52,348 nt of DNA, from assembly GCA_913055895.1 (NCBI GenBank), contig CAJXLE010000001.1, positions 1-52,348 of the forward strand, read 5' to 3'. Of the stretch, positions 26,585-36,360 are shown piece by piece. The notes under the pieces were generated by a model that saw only the letters and a list, made by a program, of their open reading frames with translations, searched no databases and was not told where the DNA came from. Each line of letters starts with the position of its first letter. Position 1 is the stretch's first letter. The translations under genes and the position numbers were made by a program. Origin of the DNA: an uncultured Bacteroidota bacterium. Its GTDB lineage: Bacteria > Bacteroidota > Bacteroidia > Bacteroidales > UBA12077.

Positions 26585-26600
26585 CAGGCCGCTTGGCCTG
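26585..26600. terminator. short GC hairpin between convergent genes
   Basis: CAGGCC-GCTT-GGCCTG forms a 6-bp stem immediately after the CPBP stop, followed by TTGATG. Confidence 0.45.
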
Positions 26601-26638
26601 TTGATGAATAGGTCCGTGCAGGTCCATTTCCCTCCGGG

Positions 26639-27007
26639 CTACTCAAGATACCTGTTTACTGTCTTTTCCAGCTGTTCCACATCCAGGGGTTTCCTGATGT
26701 ATTCGACCGCTCCCAGGTCCAAGGCCTTCTTCTCCGAATCATCTTCCTGCAGGGCGGTTAATACAATGATGGGTATGTCCCTGGTTTCAGCTTTGGCCTT
26801 GGCCTGTTCCAGAAAGTCGTAACCACTGAAATGCGGCATCAGCAAGTCGAGGATCACCAGGTCGGGCTTGTTCCGGATGAGCTTCTCCAGGGCTTTCTGG
26901 CCGTCGGATTCCAGCTCGTAATCAATGCCCTCGTTTTCATCAAAGATCGACTGAATGAGGAAGAGAGAAGTTTCCGAATCGTCTACTACTAGGATCTTTT
27001 TGCTCAT
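26639..27007 (-). CDS. single-domain response regulator (CheY-like receiver)
   Basis: 122-aa ORF with KILVVDDSE, the phospho-acceptor context LVILDLLMP, and T/K motifs (IIVLTA, IRKP). There is no output domain. Confidence 0.9.
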   Translation of the reverse strand: MSKKILVVDDSETSLFLIQSIFDENEGIDYELESDGQKALEKLIRNKPDLVILDLLMPHFSGYDFLEQAKAKAETRDIPIIVLTALQEDDSEKKALDLGAVEYIRKPLDVEQLEKTVNRYLE

Positions 27008-27190
27008 GAGGCGCGCCTTTTAAAGATGGATGAAGAACATACAGATACAAATCCTGTTTTAGGTAACAAATGTAACCAACATACGTAAATTTGTAATCCT
27101 GTGTGGTGGTTATTTTTGCAGCAATCACAAGTAATTTTACTTGCAGGAAGCGTACGAGATCACCGTAAATGCTGATAAATAGATGGTTTT

Positions 27191-27883
27191 ATGATGCAAA
27201 ACGGAGAGAGCAAGGATAATGTGGATGGCTGCGGACCTTTTGACACCGGACCCGGCTTTTCTGCAGATGAGCAGCACCAGTTGAAGGAGAACAGCAAGGA
27301 GGTGGTCTTTTCACCCGGTGAGACGGTGATCAAGCAAGGTACTTTTGCATCCCACATCTTTTATTTGAAGAAGGGCCTGGTGAAAGTGTTGCTGGAATCG
27401 GGTAACGGGAAAAGAATAGCCCTTCAGCTGCTGGCCCCGCAAACATTTTTTGGTTTGCCTTTTTTGGAGACCGAGTATTTTCATTTTGGCGCCGAGACGT
27501 TGAAAGGTTCCGCCATATGCCAGATACGAAAGGACACCTTCCGCAGCATCGTCCGGCAGAACGAACGTGTCAACCGCTTTGTGATGGAGACTTACAGCCA
27601 CCACTACCTGGATCTTTTCCACAAACTGGAGATCAACAGCACGCGCAACAACCACGGCAAACTTGCTTCCCTTCTCTATACCCTCAACGGTGATGATTAC
27701 CAGCAAGAAAATGTATTTGATTACATCACCCGGCGCGACCTGGCCGAGTTGGCCTCTATTTCGAGAGAAAGTACCAACAAGATTCTCAGAGAATTTGAGA
27801 ACGACCGCCTGGTTCACGTCTCTTCCCACGGGATCAGCATCATCAAGCCCGAACTGCTCAAACGCCTTGCCATGATTGGATGA
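27191..27883 (+). CDS. Crp/Fnr family transcriptional regulator
   Basis: 230-aa ORF with an N-terminal cNMP-binding-like barrel (GETVIKQGTFASHIFYLKKGLVKV) and a C-terminal HTH (ITRRDLAELASISRESTNKILREFENDRLV). Confidence 0.85.
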   Translation: MMQNGESKDNVDGCGPFDTGPGFSADEQHQLKENSKEVVFSPGETVIKQGTFASHIFYLKKGLVKVLLESGNGKRIALQLLAPQTFFGLPFLETEYFHFGAETLKGSAICQIRKDTFRSIVRQNERVNRFVMETYSHHYLDLFHKLEINSTRNNHGKLASLLYTLNGDDYQQENVFDYITRRDLAELASISRESTNKILREFENDRLVHVSSHGISIIKPELLKRLAMIG

Positions 27884-28003
27884 TTCTTCTCACCACTTTC
27901 CCTTTTCTTTCTGTCTTTCCCTTCCACTTTCCACCTCCCGCTTTCATCCCTTCCATTTTCAACCTTGAACTTTCCACTTTCCGCCCTTCCACCGTTCTTG
28001 CCC
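27884..28003 (+). repeat. polypyrimidine (C/T) tract with three exact CCACTTTCC copies
   Basis: About 120 nt directly after the Crp stop contain only about 19 purines on the + strand. The exact 9-mer CCACTTTCC occurs at 27893, 27924 and 27974. Confidence 0.7.
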
Positions 28004-28150
28004 AGAGGGTAATTTGACCCCGAAAAACAGTATAATTACTCCATATTTTATTGACTTTGTTCATGGGGTTGAGGATATCTTTGAAAGGTTAAATAAAAAC
28101 GACTGTCAAAACCCGGCAACCCTTTGTACTTTCTGCCGTAACACGGGAAT

Positions 28151-29578
28151 ATGAAAGCATTTTTCAGCAAATTGTTCCACTACCGGATAAATCCCCTTGA
28201 AGATTTTGAGACTCTCCTGGATCGTGTTTCCTCCTGGCTTCTTTTCGTGATAATGGTTGTTGGCACTCCCCTCATTGCCGTGGCGGTCATAGAGTCGATC
28301 AATCTTCACTCGCCGGTCAATACAGTCATTTACATCTCTTTGTCTGCCCCGTTGGCTTTACTGGCCATTTTCAGGCATCGTTTCAACTACAGGTTCAAAG
28401 CGGCGGTGATCCTGATTAGTGTATACCTTTTTGGTGTCCATGACCTGATCATATATGGCTTTACCGGCGCTGCCATTCCCGTCTTTCTCACACTTTTTAT
28501 ACTGGTTACCATATTTTTTGGCCTTCGGAACGGGCTGATCTCCATTGCCGCCTCGTTGGTGCCCACGGCCATAGTGGGTTACCTCCTGGTGCAGGAAGTA
28601 TACACCATCAACTTTGATGTCAACCAAACCCTCTCGATGTCGTCCTCGTGGATTACAGCATGGTTTACCATTCTTGTCCTGGGTTTGCTGGTGGTGATCA
28701 GCTACAGTTTTGTCAAGACCAACCTTTTTGATGTCATACGCTATACCCGCAAGCAGGCGGAAGACCTGAGAAAATCCAATGATAAGCTCATCAGGGAGAT
28801 ACACCAGCGCGATGAGGTGGAAAAAAACCTGAAAAAGGCCAAGGAGCGGGCGGAGGAGAGCGACGAGCTCAAGTCGGCTTTCCTGGCCAACATGAGCCAT
28901 GAGTTTCGCACACCCCTGAATGGCATCATGGGTTTTGCCAGTTTGCTGGAGGGCGATGACCTCGATCAGGAGAGCCGGGTCCAGTATGCCCGCATCATAC
29001 AAAAAAGCGGCAACCGGATGCTGGAGTTTATGAACAGCCTGCTCGACATTGCCATGATAGAGTCGGGGCAGACAAAGGTGAAGGCGGAAAAAACGTCGGT
29101 CGCCGGCATCATGGATGACATTGCGGCTTTGTTCAAGCCCGAGGCCCGGAAGAAAGGTTTGAGGCTCACCTGTTGCAAAGACGGACCTGCATGCGGGGAA
29201 CGCATCATAACCGATTCGGCCAAGCTCAAGCAGGTGCTGGCCAAATTGCTACACAACGCCATCAAGTATACCGAAGAGGGTGAGGTTGTTTGTGGTTACA
29301 GCCTGAACGAGGGCTGTCTGCAGTTTTATGTGAGCGATACGGGCATAGGCATTGAGCACGGGATGCAGGACAAGATCTTTGAACAGTTCCGCCAGGCCGA
29401 GCTGAACTACACCAGGGAATATGAGGGAGCCGGGCTGGGCCTGAGCATATCCAAAGCCTACGTGGAGATGCTGGGAGGCGAGATATGGGTGGATTCGGAG
29501 CCGGGATCGGGAAGCACCTTTTATTTCTCCCTGCCCTGCCGCCCCCCGGCACATGTGATGGAGGAACATGCCGGATAG
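28151..29578 (+). CDS. membrane-anchored sensor histidine kinase (multi-TM N-terminus, HisKA, HATPase)
   Basis: 475-aa ORF with about 6-7 hydrophobic helices, then a coiled linker, H-box [16 protein letters not shown], and N/G boxes (LLHNAIKYT, DTGIGIE, GAGLGLSI). Confidence 0.9.
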   Translation: MKAFFSKLFHYRINPLEDFETLLDRVSSWLLFVIMVVGTPLIAVAVIESINLHSPVNTVIYISLSAPLALLAIFRHRFNYRFKAAVILISVYLFGVHDLIIYGFTGAAIPVFLTLFILVTIFFGLRNGLISIAASLVPTAIVGYLLVQEVYTINFDVNQTLSMSSSWITAWFTILVLGLLVVISYSFVKTNLFDVIRYTRKQAEDLRKSNDKLIREIHQRDEVEKNLKKAKERAEESDELKSAFLANMSHEFRTPLNGIMGFASLLEGDDLDQESRVQYARIIQKSGNRMLEFMNSLLDIAMIESGQTKVKAEKTSVAGIMDDIAALFKPEARKKGLRLTCCKDGPACGERIITDSAKLKQVLAKLLHNAIKYTEEGEVVCGYSLNEGCLQFYVSDTGIGIEHGMQDKIFEQFRQAELNYTREYEGAGLGLSISKAYVEMLGGEIWVDSEPGSGSTFYFSLPCRPPAHVMEEHAG

Positions 29579-29648
29579 ACACTTACCGGGGGCTTCTCTT
29601 CATGCCCAAATCTGAAAGAGAATGCTTATCTTTGCCCGCCAAAGCTGA

Positions 29649-30398
29649 ATGATGAGTACAGACAAAAAACTGGCAAAAGCCGAGATGAAAGCACGCGGCC
29701 GGCCCCTGCAGAAGATGTTTGACCGGGTGCCCTCGCGGTATGATTTTTTGAACAGGCTGCTGACCTTCCGGCTGGATGAATACTGGCGGGGAAGGGCTGT
29801 CAGGCGTATAATGGATGAGAAACCGGGCCGTGTGATGGACCTGGGGACGGGCACGGGCGACATGGCCGTGCGTATTGCCAGGAAAAGCCCGTCTGTCCAG
29901 GTAACCGGTTACGACTTCTCTGCCCCCATGCTGGAGGTGGCCAGGCGCAAAGCCGGGCGCCGGCAGCTGGACAACGTGCATTTTGTCGAGGGCGATGCCG
30001 CCTCCATGCCTTTTGAAGACAACAGCTTTGATGTGGTGGGCATCTCCTTTGCCTTCCGCAACATCACCTTTAAAAATCCTTACACGGGTCAGTACCTGAA
30101 GGAGACACTCCGGTGCCTGAAGCCGGGGGGTAAGTTTGTGATCGTGGAGACCAGCCAGCCGCGCAACCCACTGGTGAGAAAAGTCTTTCACGCCTATTTT
30201 CATTACGTCGTCTCGGGACTGGGAGGCCGCCTGTCCGGGGCCAGGGGCGCCTACCACTACCTGGCCTATTCAGCCCGCCATTTTTACACCCGCGAACAGC
30301 TGACCCGCCTGCTCGAAGATCATGGCTTTGCCGGCACTGAGCACCACCCCATGCTCCTGGGCGCTTCAGCCATCACCGTCGCCACCAAGCCCCAATGA
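29649..30398 (+). CDS. ubiE: demethylmenaquinone/ubiquinone C-methyltransferase (UbiE/MenG)
   Basis: 249-aa ORF with the family N-terminal block QKMFDRVPSRYDFLNRLLTFRLDEYWR, the SAM motif VMDLGTGTGD, and FRNIT...LKPGGKFVIVE. Confidence 0.85.
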   Translation: MMSTDKKLAKAEMKARGRPLQKMFDRVPSRYDFLNRLLTFRLDEYWRGRAVRRIMDEKPGRVMDLGTGTGDMAVRIARKSPSVQVTGYDFSAPMLEVARRKAGRRQLDNVHFVEGDAASMPFEDNSFDVVGISFAFRNITFKNPYTGQYLKETLRCLKPGGKFVIVETSQPRNPLVRKVFHAYFHYVVSGLGGRLSGARGAYHYLAYSARHFYTREQLTRLLEDHGFAGTEHHPMLLGASAITVATKPQ

Positions 30399-30411
30399 GG
30401 GAGAAGAAAAT

Positions 30412-31002
30412 CTAAAATTTAATCCCTGCCTCCAGCTGAATACCGATATCATTTCTGTAGACATCCGAATTCAACCATCTTTCAAAGATGGCAACTCCAA
30501 AGGTTAACCCCAAACGGGATTGGGGAATGAATATTATGCCCTGGCTCATGGCCACTCCCAAAAGATAGTCCTCTATCTCCTTTTTACTTTCCACTTCAGA
30601 AGATGCCAGGTTGATGGGTATCAAAAACTCGAATTTTAAGTACATCGTCTTTTTTAACCGTTTGGCCGTGCTGATCCCGCCCCCGATATGCAACTCCGTT
30701 TTTGTGTCAATAAAATATCCGGCATTGGGATCGGGGGGATCAGGAGGCAGCTTATAGCTCTCCAGGGTTATAATCCACGGAAAAATCCACTCCGTTTCTT
30801 CGTTGATATCAATATGGTATCCGTAATAGGACAGGCCCCAGCCGGGGTAATGAATACCAAACGTTTTTTTGAACATCAATAAGCTGTTCCATGGACCCAA
30901 ATCGTTCGACCGGAACAAATCATTCTGAGCCGGGGCGGATATTGAAGATAGAAGGACCAATAGAAGAAAAGTCAGAATCTTCTTCAAGCAAAATCTATTC
31001 AT
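30412..31002 (-). CDS. hypothetical secreted protein, possibly a small outer-membrane beta-barrel
   Basis: 196-aa ORF with signal peptide LLLVLLSSISAPAQ, alternating hydrophobic pattern and a C-terminal Phe (EAGIKF). It lies in AT-rich DNA. Confidence 0.55.
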   Translation of the reverse strand: MNRFCLKKILTFLLLVLLSSISAPAQNDLFRSNDLGPWNSLLMFKKTFGIHYPGWGLSYYGYHIDINEETEWIFPWIITLESYKLPPDPPDPNAGYFIDTKTELHIGGGISTAKRLKKTMYLKFEFLIPINLASSEVESKKEIEDYLLGVAMSQGIIFIPQSRLGLTFGVAIFERWLNSDVYRNDIGIQLEAGIKF

Positions 31003-31252
31003 TTAATCATCCTTTAAGCAGCGAACTGAAAAGCCTATTTCTTTACCTAAAACAGCCCGGTGAATCTTGCTGCTGCCCGCTCCCTGCATGACGGCGGGCC
31101 ATTCATATAAACCTGGATGCGAATGATGGAAAACCTTCTTACATGCAGGGAAAGCTATATGGTTCACAGTGGCATCAGGCCGGCGTTCCTGTATCATTTA
31201 ATTAACTCCTGTAGCGGAATGGGGCTTTTGATGGGAGAATAGGTTGAAGAGG

Positions 31253-31810
31253 TTAAAGGCGATAAAACAATCTTACTCCAATACCTGGATAGACTGGCAT
31301 CTCCAGTTCCCAGTCACAAAACCATCCGCTACAGGGTCTTGGTTCTTTTTCTGTTTCCTTATGCCAGACCTCAAACATAATCCCCGCATCGATATCAATT
31401 CCAAATTTTTTGGAAATATTGAGGTTGCGACCAATCCTTGAACCAATATATCCGGATTGATCAATTATATATTCATCTTCAGTCCTTAAATAAGTCAATC
31501 CAGATCTGACGTACCAGGGACGTCTTTTTGATAACTTTGAAGTCCCGCCAAAATGATAATATACAACTCCCAAAACAGATAGGATGGGCTTTTTTTCAGG
31601 TAATAACCCAATGCTGAAACCTATTTGGGTTTGGTCCAGCTGCCTGGATACACCAACATGGTATAATTCAGGCACTCCAAATCCCGCCGATATATTTACT
31701 TTCCCCTGTCCATATATTTTTACACAATACATGAAAAGGAAAGAAACAATCAGTAAAATATATGCGCTTATTTTAGAATCGAAGAAGAATGCCTTCATCT
31801 CTCCCGCCAT
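31253..31810 (-). CDS. hypothetical secreted/membrane protein, possibly a small beta-barrel
   Basis: 185-aa ORF with a hydrophobic N-terminus (ILLIVSFLFMYCVKIYGQ) and Gly/aromatic-rich alternating segments. The start may be the ATG at 31798. Confidence 0.5.
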   Translation of the reverse strand: MAGEMKAFFFDSKISAYILLIVSFLFMYCVKIYGQGKVNISAGFGVPELYHVGVSRQLDQTQIGFSIGLLPEKKPILSVLGVVYYHFGGTSKLSKRRPWYVRSGLTYLRTEDEYIIDQSGYIGSRIGRNLNISKKFGIDIDAGIMFEVWHKETEKEPRPCSGWFCDWELEMPVYPGIGVRLFYRL

Positions 31811-32006
31811 TTATCTGAGGTCATGAATGCATCATTTTTCATTATGGATTTCTCCATTGCTTAAATATAAAATCAGAATACATATCCCCGCATTCAAATG
31901 GTTTATATGGTATAGGTGGTATAAATTATGTGATGCTGACTTGGGGGTGGATAAAGACTAAAAAAGTCCAAAACACAGAAATATGTTTAGCTTATCTGCC
32001 CGGGGG

Positions 32007-32312
32007 TTAAAGACAGAACGCTGTTGCCAGTGGCGCTTTATCCCCCGCGATGGTTAAACCAATTCGTGGTCCGGTAAGCTGCTCGGTTTCATTACTTTGA
32101 GGATGCTCCTGTCCCAAAGAATGTGAGCATAGGAACACTGAAAAAATGCCCAACTGAATACAAAGAATCCATGCTTTGATAAACATATCATTGAACCAGC
32201 CATAGACTTTATTTCTGACATCATTCAGGTGGTATGGTTTTCCACGGTTCCACCTCTTCACTCCCATGCATACATGATCAAACAGCATACGTAGAGGGAT
32301 GAATATAAGCAC
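32007..32312 (-). pseudogene. isolated 101-aa ORF (GTG start), possibly a gene remnant
   Basis: This is the only ORF over 60 aa in an ~800-nt gap. Another reading frame upstream also gives protein-like text (LKKLPQDEPIKKVHADWQQALNRTV) before a frame break. I recognise no family. Confidence 0.2.
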
Positions 32313-32611
32313 GGGACCAGGAAAGGTGAAACAGTTCTATTAAGTGCTTGCTGCCAGTCAGCATGAACCTTTTTGATGGGTTCATCCTGGGGAAGTTTCT
32401 TAAGATGGATTAGGAATTTTACGGCGAACCTGTCCTACGACGAGCAATTCAGATGTGATCAGACAGATGACCACATTGCAATGGATTCATCATTTCCCGT
32501 TCCGGGGTTGATGCTCTATACGAATCTATAGAGGCAAGTTATTTTATTCTCAAACAAATTGCAATTTTTTGGGAAGGTTTTTCTTTTTAGTCCTTTGCCC
32601 ATCCACGTTTT

Positions 32612-35074
32612 TCACTCTTCTCTCAGGATAACCGCCGGGTTGGCCCTTCCGGCCCTCAGGGTCTGGTAAAGCAATATCACTCCCGTCACCGCTATGGCAG
32701 CCCCTGAGGCTGCCAAAAAGATCCACAGGGAGAGTCCTGTTTGGTAGGCGTAGTTGTGGAGCCATCCGTTCATTACCCAATAGGCGGCTGGCCATGCGAT
32801 GATGTTCGACACCAAGATCCAGCGGAAAAATTCACCGGAGAAGAGGGCTGCGATGTGATTCATCTGTGCACCCATGGCCTTGCGTATGCCAACCTCACGC
32901 ATGCGGCGGTCGACGCTGAAAGCTGCCAGTCCAAACAGACCCAGCAGGGAAAGAAAGATGGCCAGCAGGGTAAAGACGGTCACCACATCCCTGATTTTTT
33001 GCTCCGACCGGTAGAGGGCATCATATCGCTGATCCATGAACTCCATCTGAAAAGGCCATGAAGGGGCCACCTGCTGCCATGCTTTTTTGAGCTTCTGCAC
33101 TGTTGCCGGGACGTTACGGGTGTCCATCTTCACCAGTATCTCCAGGTTGGAGGGCGGATAATTTTTGCTCATGAAAAAGGCCAGCGGCGGCATTTTCTTC
33201 TTCATGGAGAGGAAATGGATGTCGCGGGCAATGCCCATTACTTTCCTTTTTTGGTTGTCGTAGAAACCGGTAAGCTCCTGGTGGAGCATGTGGCTTATAG
33301 CCTTTCTTTCACCGGCTTCTTCTCCCAGCTGGAGCAGGTGTTTTTTACCCATTAGCCGGGCGGCCGTCTCATTAAGTATGACCCCCGATGAAGCATCGGA
33401 AGGGTGGTCGCCGGAAAAATCGCGACCCATAAGTATTTCACCCCCGATGGTTTGAAAATATCCCTGGCCAACGGCGATCAGTCCTATGTGGGTGGCTTTT
33501 TCCTCCGGTTGCCCGGTCATCCTGAGGGAGGTGAAATTGTTGATCAGGTGGGGCGGGGCACTGAAAGTGGAAGAGACACTTTTTACTCCGGGGTACTCCC
33601 TGGCGATGCCGGCAAACCCCTCATAGCGGCTGTTCCTTTGTTCATCGAGCGGGTTCTTGATGATGGCTACCTGTTCTTTGTCCACTCCCAGGTTTTTGTT
33701 TTGTATATATTGAATTTGTTTGTATACCACCGCTGCTGCAATGATTAAAAAAACCGATATGGCAAACTGTAGGAAGACCAGGGCCTGTCTGATTCTTATA
33801 TGCCCGGCCGTCCTGCTGTCCCCGGCCCTGGCGTAGGCCTGGCCGGCCCCTCCCAGTATGGCCAGGGGTTTCACGCGCGAGAGCAAGAAGGCAGGGTAGC
33901 TGCCAGAGAACAGCGTCATGAGCACCATGATGATGGCCATAGCTTTCAGGGGCAGCAGGTTGTTCCAGATATCCAGTCCGAGGCTTTTGCCCGATATGTT
34001 GTTGAACCAGGGCAGGGCCAGGTGCATCAGCACCAGGGCCAGGAGCGCCCCAACAAATGTAAAGACAAAGGATTCCCCCATAAACTGGGCGATGATCTTC
34101 TTCCGGTCGGCTCCGGCTATCTTGCGCATGCCGATCTCTTTTTCACGCATGCTCATACGTGCGGTGCTCAGGTTCATGTAATTGAAAGCTACGATGACCA
34201 ACAGGAAAACGGCAAGAGCCCCAAACCCCGTCACATATTTGATGTTGCTGTGCCGGGCCATGTCATACTCCAGGTTGTAAGAGTGCAGGTAGATCTTTTC
34301 CAGGGGCTGGAGCCTTAGCCGCGTGTTGGCATCATAGCTTTCATCCCTGCTTTCATGATAGAGCCGGTTGATCAGTTTTTCGGCTTCATCCGGATCGGCC
34401 TGTGGTGTGAGCCTGGTGTAAAAATAGCTGTTCTTGTAACCCCAATGGTTGTGGGCCAGGTTGTTGTGCTCCCTGACGCTGGACAGGGAAGCGAGAAACT
34501 CGATGTCGAGGTGCGACTGTTCAGGAAGGGGCTCCAGGATGCCGGTCACCTCATAGCGGTACTCCTGGTCGACGGTCAGTGTTTTACCCACGGGCGACTC
34601 ATCGCCAAAATATTTGCGGGCCATCGCTGGTGTGATCACCATTTTGTAAGGACCCTCCAGGGCTGTTGCAGGGTCGCCTGAGCGAAGCCTAAGGGAGAGT
34701 ATCTCAAACATGGCCGGATCGGTCAGAAGGATCCTGGACTCTGCAAAACGTCGGTCGCCGTATTGGATCACCGGGTTGAGATCCCTGAAAAACGAAGAGA
34801 TGGCCTGGGCCTGCGGTACGGCATCGTCCAGGTGGCGGCTGAAGATACCCGGAAGGTGGGCAGTGCCGCCACTTTCTTTGGGGTAATCCATGACAATGCG
34901 ATACACATTGCCGGAATCTTCATGAAAATCGTCGTATTTCATCTCATCCTGGACATACAGCAGGATGACAAGGAAACTGGTCAGGCCGATGGCCAGCCCG
35001 AGGATGTTGATCAGTGAAAAGAGCCGGTGGCGGCTGATGCTCCTCAGGCCCGTACGGATGTAATGCTGGATCAT
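32612..35074 (-). CDS. FtsX/MacB-type ABC transporter permease (two FtsX domains, about 820 aa)
   Basis: The family-typical N-terminus MIQHYIRTGLRSISRHRLFSLINILGLAIG is taken as the start (ATG at 35074). Two 4-TM FtsX modules are separated by large extracytoplasmic domains. No ATPase gene is adjacent. Confidence 0.85.
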   Translation of the reverse strand: MIQHYIRTGLRSISRHRLFSLINILGLAIGLTSFLVILLYVQDEMKYDDFHEDSGNVYRIVMDYPKESGGTAHLPGIFSRHLDDAVPQAQAISSFFRDLNPVIQYGDRRFAESRILLTDPAMFEILSLRLRSGDPATALEGPYKMVITPAMARKYFGDESPVGKTLTVDQEYRYEVTGILEPLPEQSHLDIEFLASLSSVREHNNLAHNHWGYKNSYFYTRLTPQADPDEAEKLINRLYHESRDESYDANTRLRLQPLEKIYLHSYNLEYDMARHSNIKYVTGFGALAVFLLVIVAFNYMNLSTARMSMREKEIGMRKIAGADRKKIIAQFMGESFVFTFVGALLALVLMHLALPWFNNISGKSLGLDIWNNLLPLKAMAIIMVLMTLFSGSYPAFLLSRVKPLAILGGAGQAYARAGDSRTAGHIRIRQALVFLQFAISVFLIIAAAVVYKQIQYIQNKNLGVDKEQVAIIKNPLDEQRNSRYEGFAGIAREYPGVKSVSSTFSAPPHLINNFTSLRMTGQPEEKATHIGLIAVGQGYFQTIGGEILMGRDFSGDHPSDASSGVILNETAARLMGKKHLLQLGEEAGERKAISHMLHQELTGFYDNQKRKVMGIARDIHFLSMKKKMPPLAFFMSKNYPPSNLEILVKMDTRNVPATVQKLKKAWQQVAPSWPFQMEFMDQRYDALYRSEQKIRDVVTVFTLLAIFLSLLGLFGLAAFSVDRRMREVGIRKAMGAQMNHIAALFSGEFFRWILVSNIIAWPAAYWVMNGWLHNYAYQTGLSLWIFLAASGAAIAVTGVILLYQTLRAGRANPAVILREE

Positions 35075-35182
35075 GGTGGTGTGGTTAACAGGGTTCTGGT
35101 GCCAAAGACTTCCCTTTTTTGCAAGGGCTGCACCAGGGTCCTGGAAATCACACAAAATGCTTCCAGCGAATGGGCAAAGGCG

Positions 35183-36034
35183 TTATTTGTCGGGTTCTCC
35201 TACAAAGATAAAGTATTTCCTGCGTTGGTTCAGCAGCAGGGTGTTGATTTTGACCTGCAGGAAGATGAAGGTCTTGAACTTGATGTATTCCCACAGAGAG
35301 TTGAAATTTTTGCGGGTGATCCACCTGTCAAAGCCTTTGTATCCTTTCTTGACGGGTTCGGTGATGTTTTCCTGCCGGTGGATCTTCAGACCGTTCTCGC
35401 GGAATTTTTTCAAGTATTGCCCTTCGGTCCAGTGGTGGAAGCTCATCTTCCGCTTCCATTTCTCGAGCGGCCCTCTGTGTTGATAGGAGCGGGAGAGGAT
35501 GTCGGCAATCAGGAACTGCCCGCCGGGTCTGACTACCCGGTGGACCTCCTGCATGAACTTGTGCTTTTCGGGATAATGAAAGGCGCTTTCTATGCAGAGA
35601 AGCACATCCACCGAGTTGTCGGGGATATTCTGAAGATTTTGGGCGTCGTCGACCATGAAGTCCAGGTTTTGATGCCACCCATTGATGGAATGTGCCAGGC
35701 TGATGTTGTTGGAATTGATGTCGACGCCGGTCAGGCTGGCCGGTTTGTACTTTTCATAGATGTACAGGCTCTGGGTGCCATTGCCGCAGCCCACTTCCAG
35801 TACGTCCTTGTCCTCAAGCGAACCCAGATGCGACACACAATGCCTGGTGAGGTTCACCTGGCGATCTTCCAGGGATTCATTGTGCTCCCTGAAAAAGGGA
35901 TAATGAAGCATCAGCAGTTTTTGATAGAGCTTGCGGTAGGTTTGGTTGATGGATTGGTAATAATCCTTGGTGGAGCTGCCTGTCTCCAAGAGGGTTGAAT
36001 TTTCCATAGACTGGTTTGGGTCTTTTTGATCCAT
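35183..36034 (-). CDS. class I SAM-dependent methyltransferase
   Basis: SAM motif I VLEVGCGNGTQS, then VDVLLCIESAFHYP and VVRPGGQFLIADI. I prefer the ATG at 36034 (MDQKDPNQ) over 36091. Confidence 0.8.
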   Translation of the reverse strand: MDQKDPNQSMENSTLLETGSSTKDYYQSINQTYRKLYQKLLMLHYPFFREHNESLEDRQVNLTRHCVSHLGSLEDKDVLEVGCGNGTQSLYIYEKYKPASLTGVDINSNNISLAHSINGWHQNLDFMVDDAQNLQNIPDNSVDVLLCIESAFHYPEKHKFMQEVHRVVRPGGQFLIADILSRSYQHRGPLEKWKRKMSFHHWTEGQYLKKFRENGLKIHRQENITEPVKKGYKGFDRWITRKNFNSLWEYIKFKTFIFLQVKINTLLLNQRRKYFIFVGEPDK

Positions 36035-36360
36035 AGCTGACAAAACTATAAAAATGTGTGAACCACAAAATAAAATGTACATTCTTATCATTCAAATGCT
36101 TTTCAAACCCTTTTTGGCAGTAACCTTCCCGGTAAGGTGAGATATATCAATGTGTGGTAAATTACAGAGTTTGTCTGCCCGGGTAGAGGCTGGGGCCATT
36201 GTCCACGGGGTCTGGCGCCGGGCACTGGTGTAAAAAACTGAATTACAGACAGGCCGGCTTTGCGAAACAAGTATTTTTTCACTAACTTTAAAACAGGGAT
36301 GCATTAACAGATGTTCTGTATGGTGGTTTCAAGCTTTAATAGTCTGTTTTTTACCTGCTT

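Noticed and set aside
27858-28064. 68-aa minus-strand ORF (GGGKWKGKTERKGK...)
   Set aside because: It is simply the purine-rich complement of the polypyrimidine tract, giving a low-complexity Gly/Lys/Glu translation.
31003-31197. 64-aa minus-strand ORF abutting the start of the 30412-31002 gene
   Set aside because: A stop-start junction (TAAATG) is suggestive, and I briefly considered an MGMT/ATL-like fragment (KIHRAV). The resemblance is too weak and there is no proper N-terminus. It is kept only as part of the islet finding.
32513-32532. CTCTATA-CGAATC-TATAGAG hairpin downstream of the FtsX gene
   Set aside because: The 7-bp stem is entirely AT-rich, has no T-tract on the relevant strand, and lies about 80 nt from the stop. 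That is not convincing as a terminator.
35027-35998. 323-aa plus-strand ORF across the FtsX 5' end and the SAM-methyltransferase
   Set aside because: It is antisense to two well-supported genes and spans their intergenic gap. It shows no motifs.
36092-36304. 70-aa minus-strand ORF between the SAM-methyltransferase and the AraC gene
   Set aside because: It lies in a divergent promoter region, has no motifs, and has Cys/Thr/Ser-rich composition.
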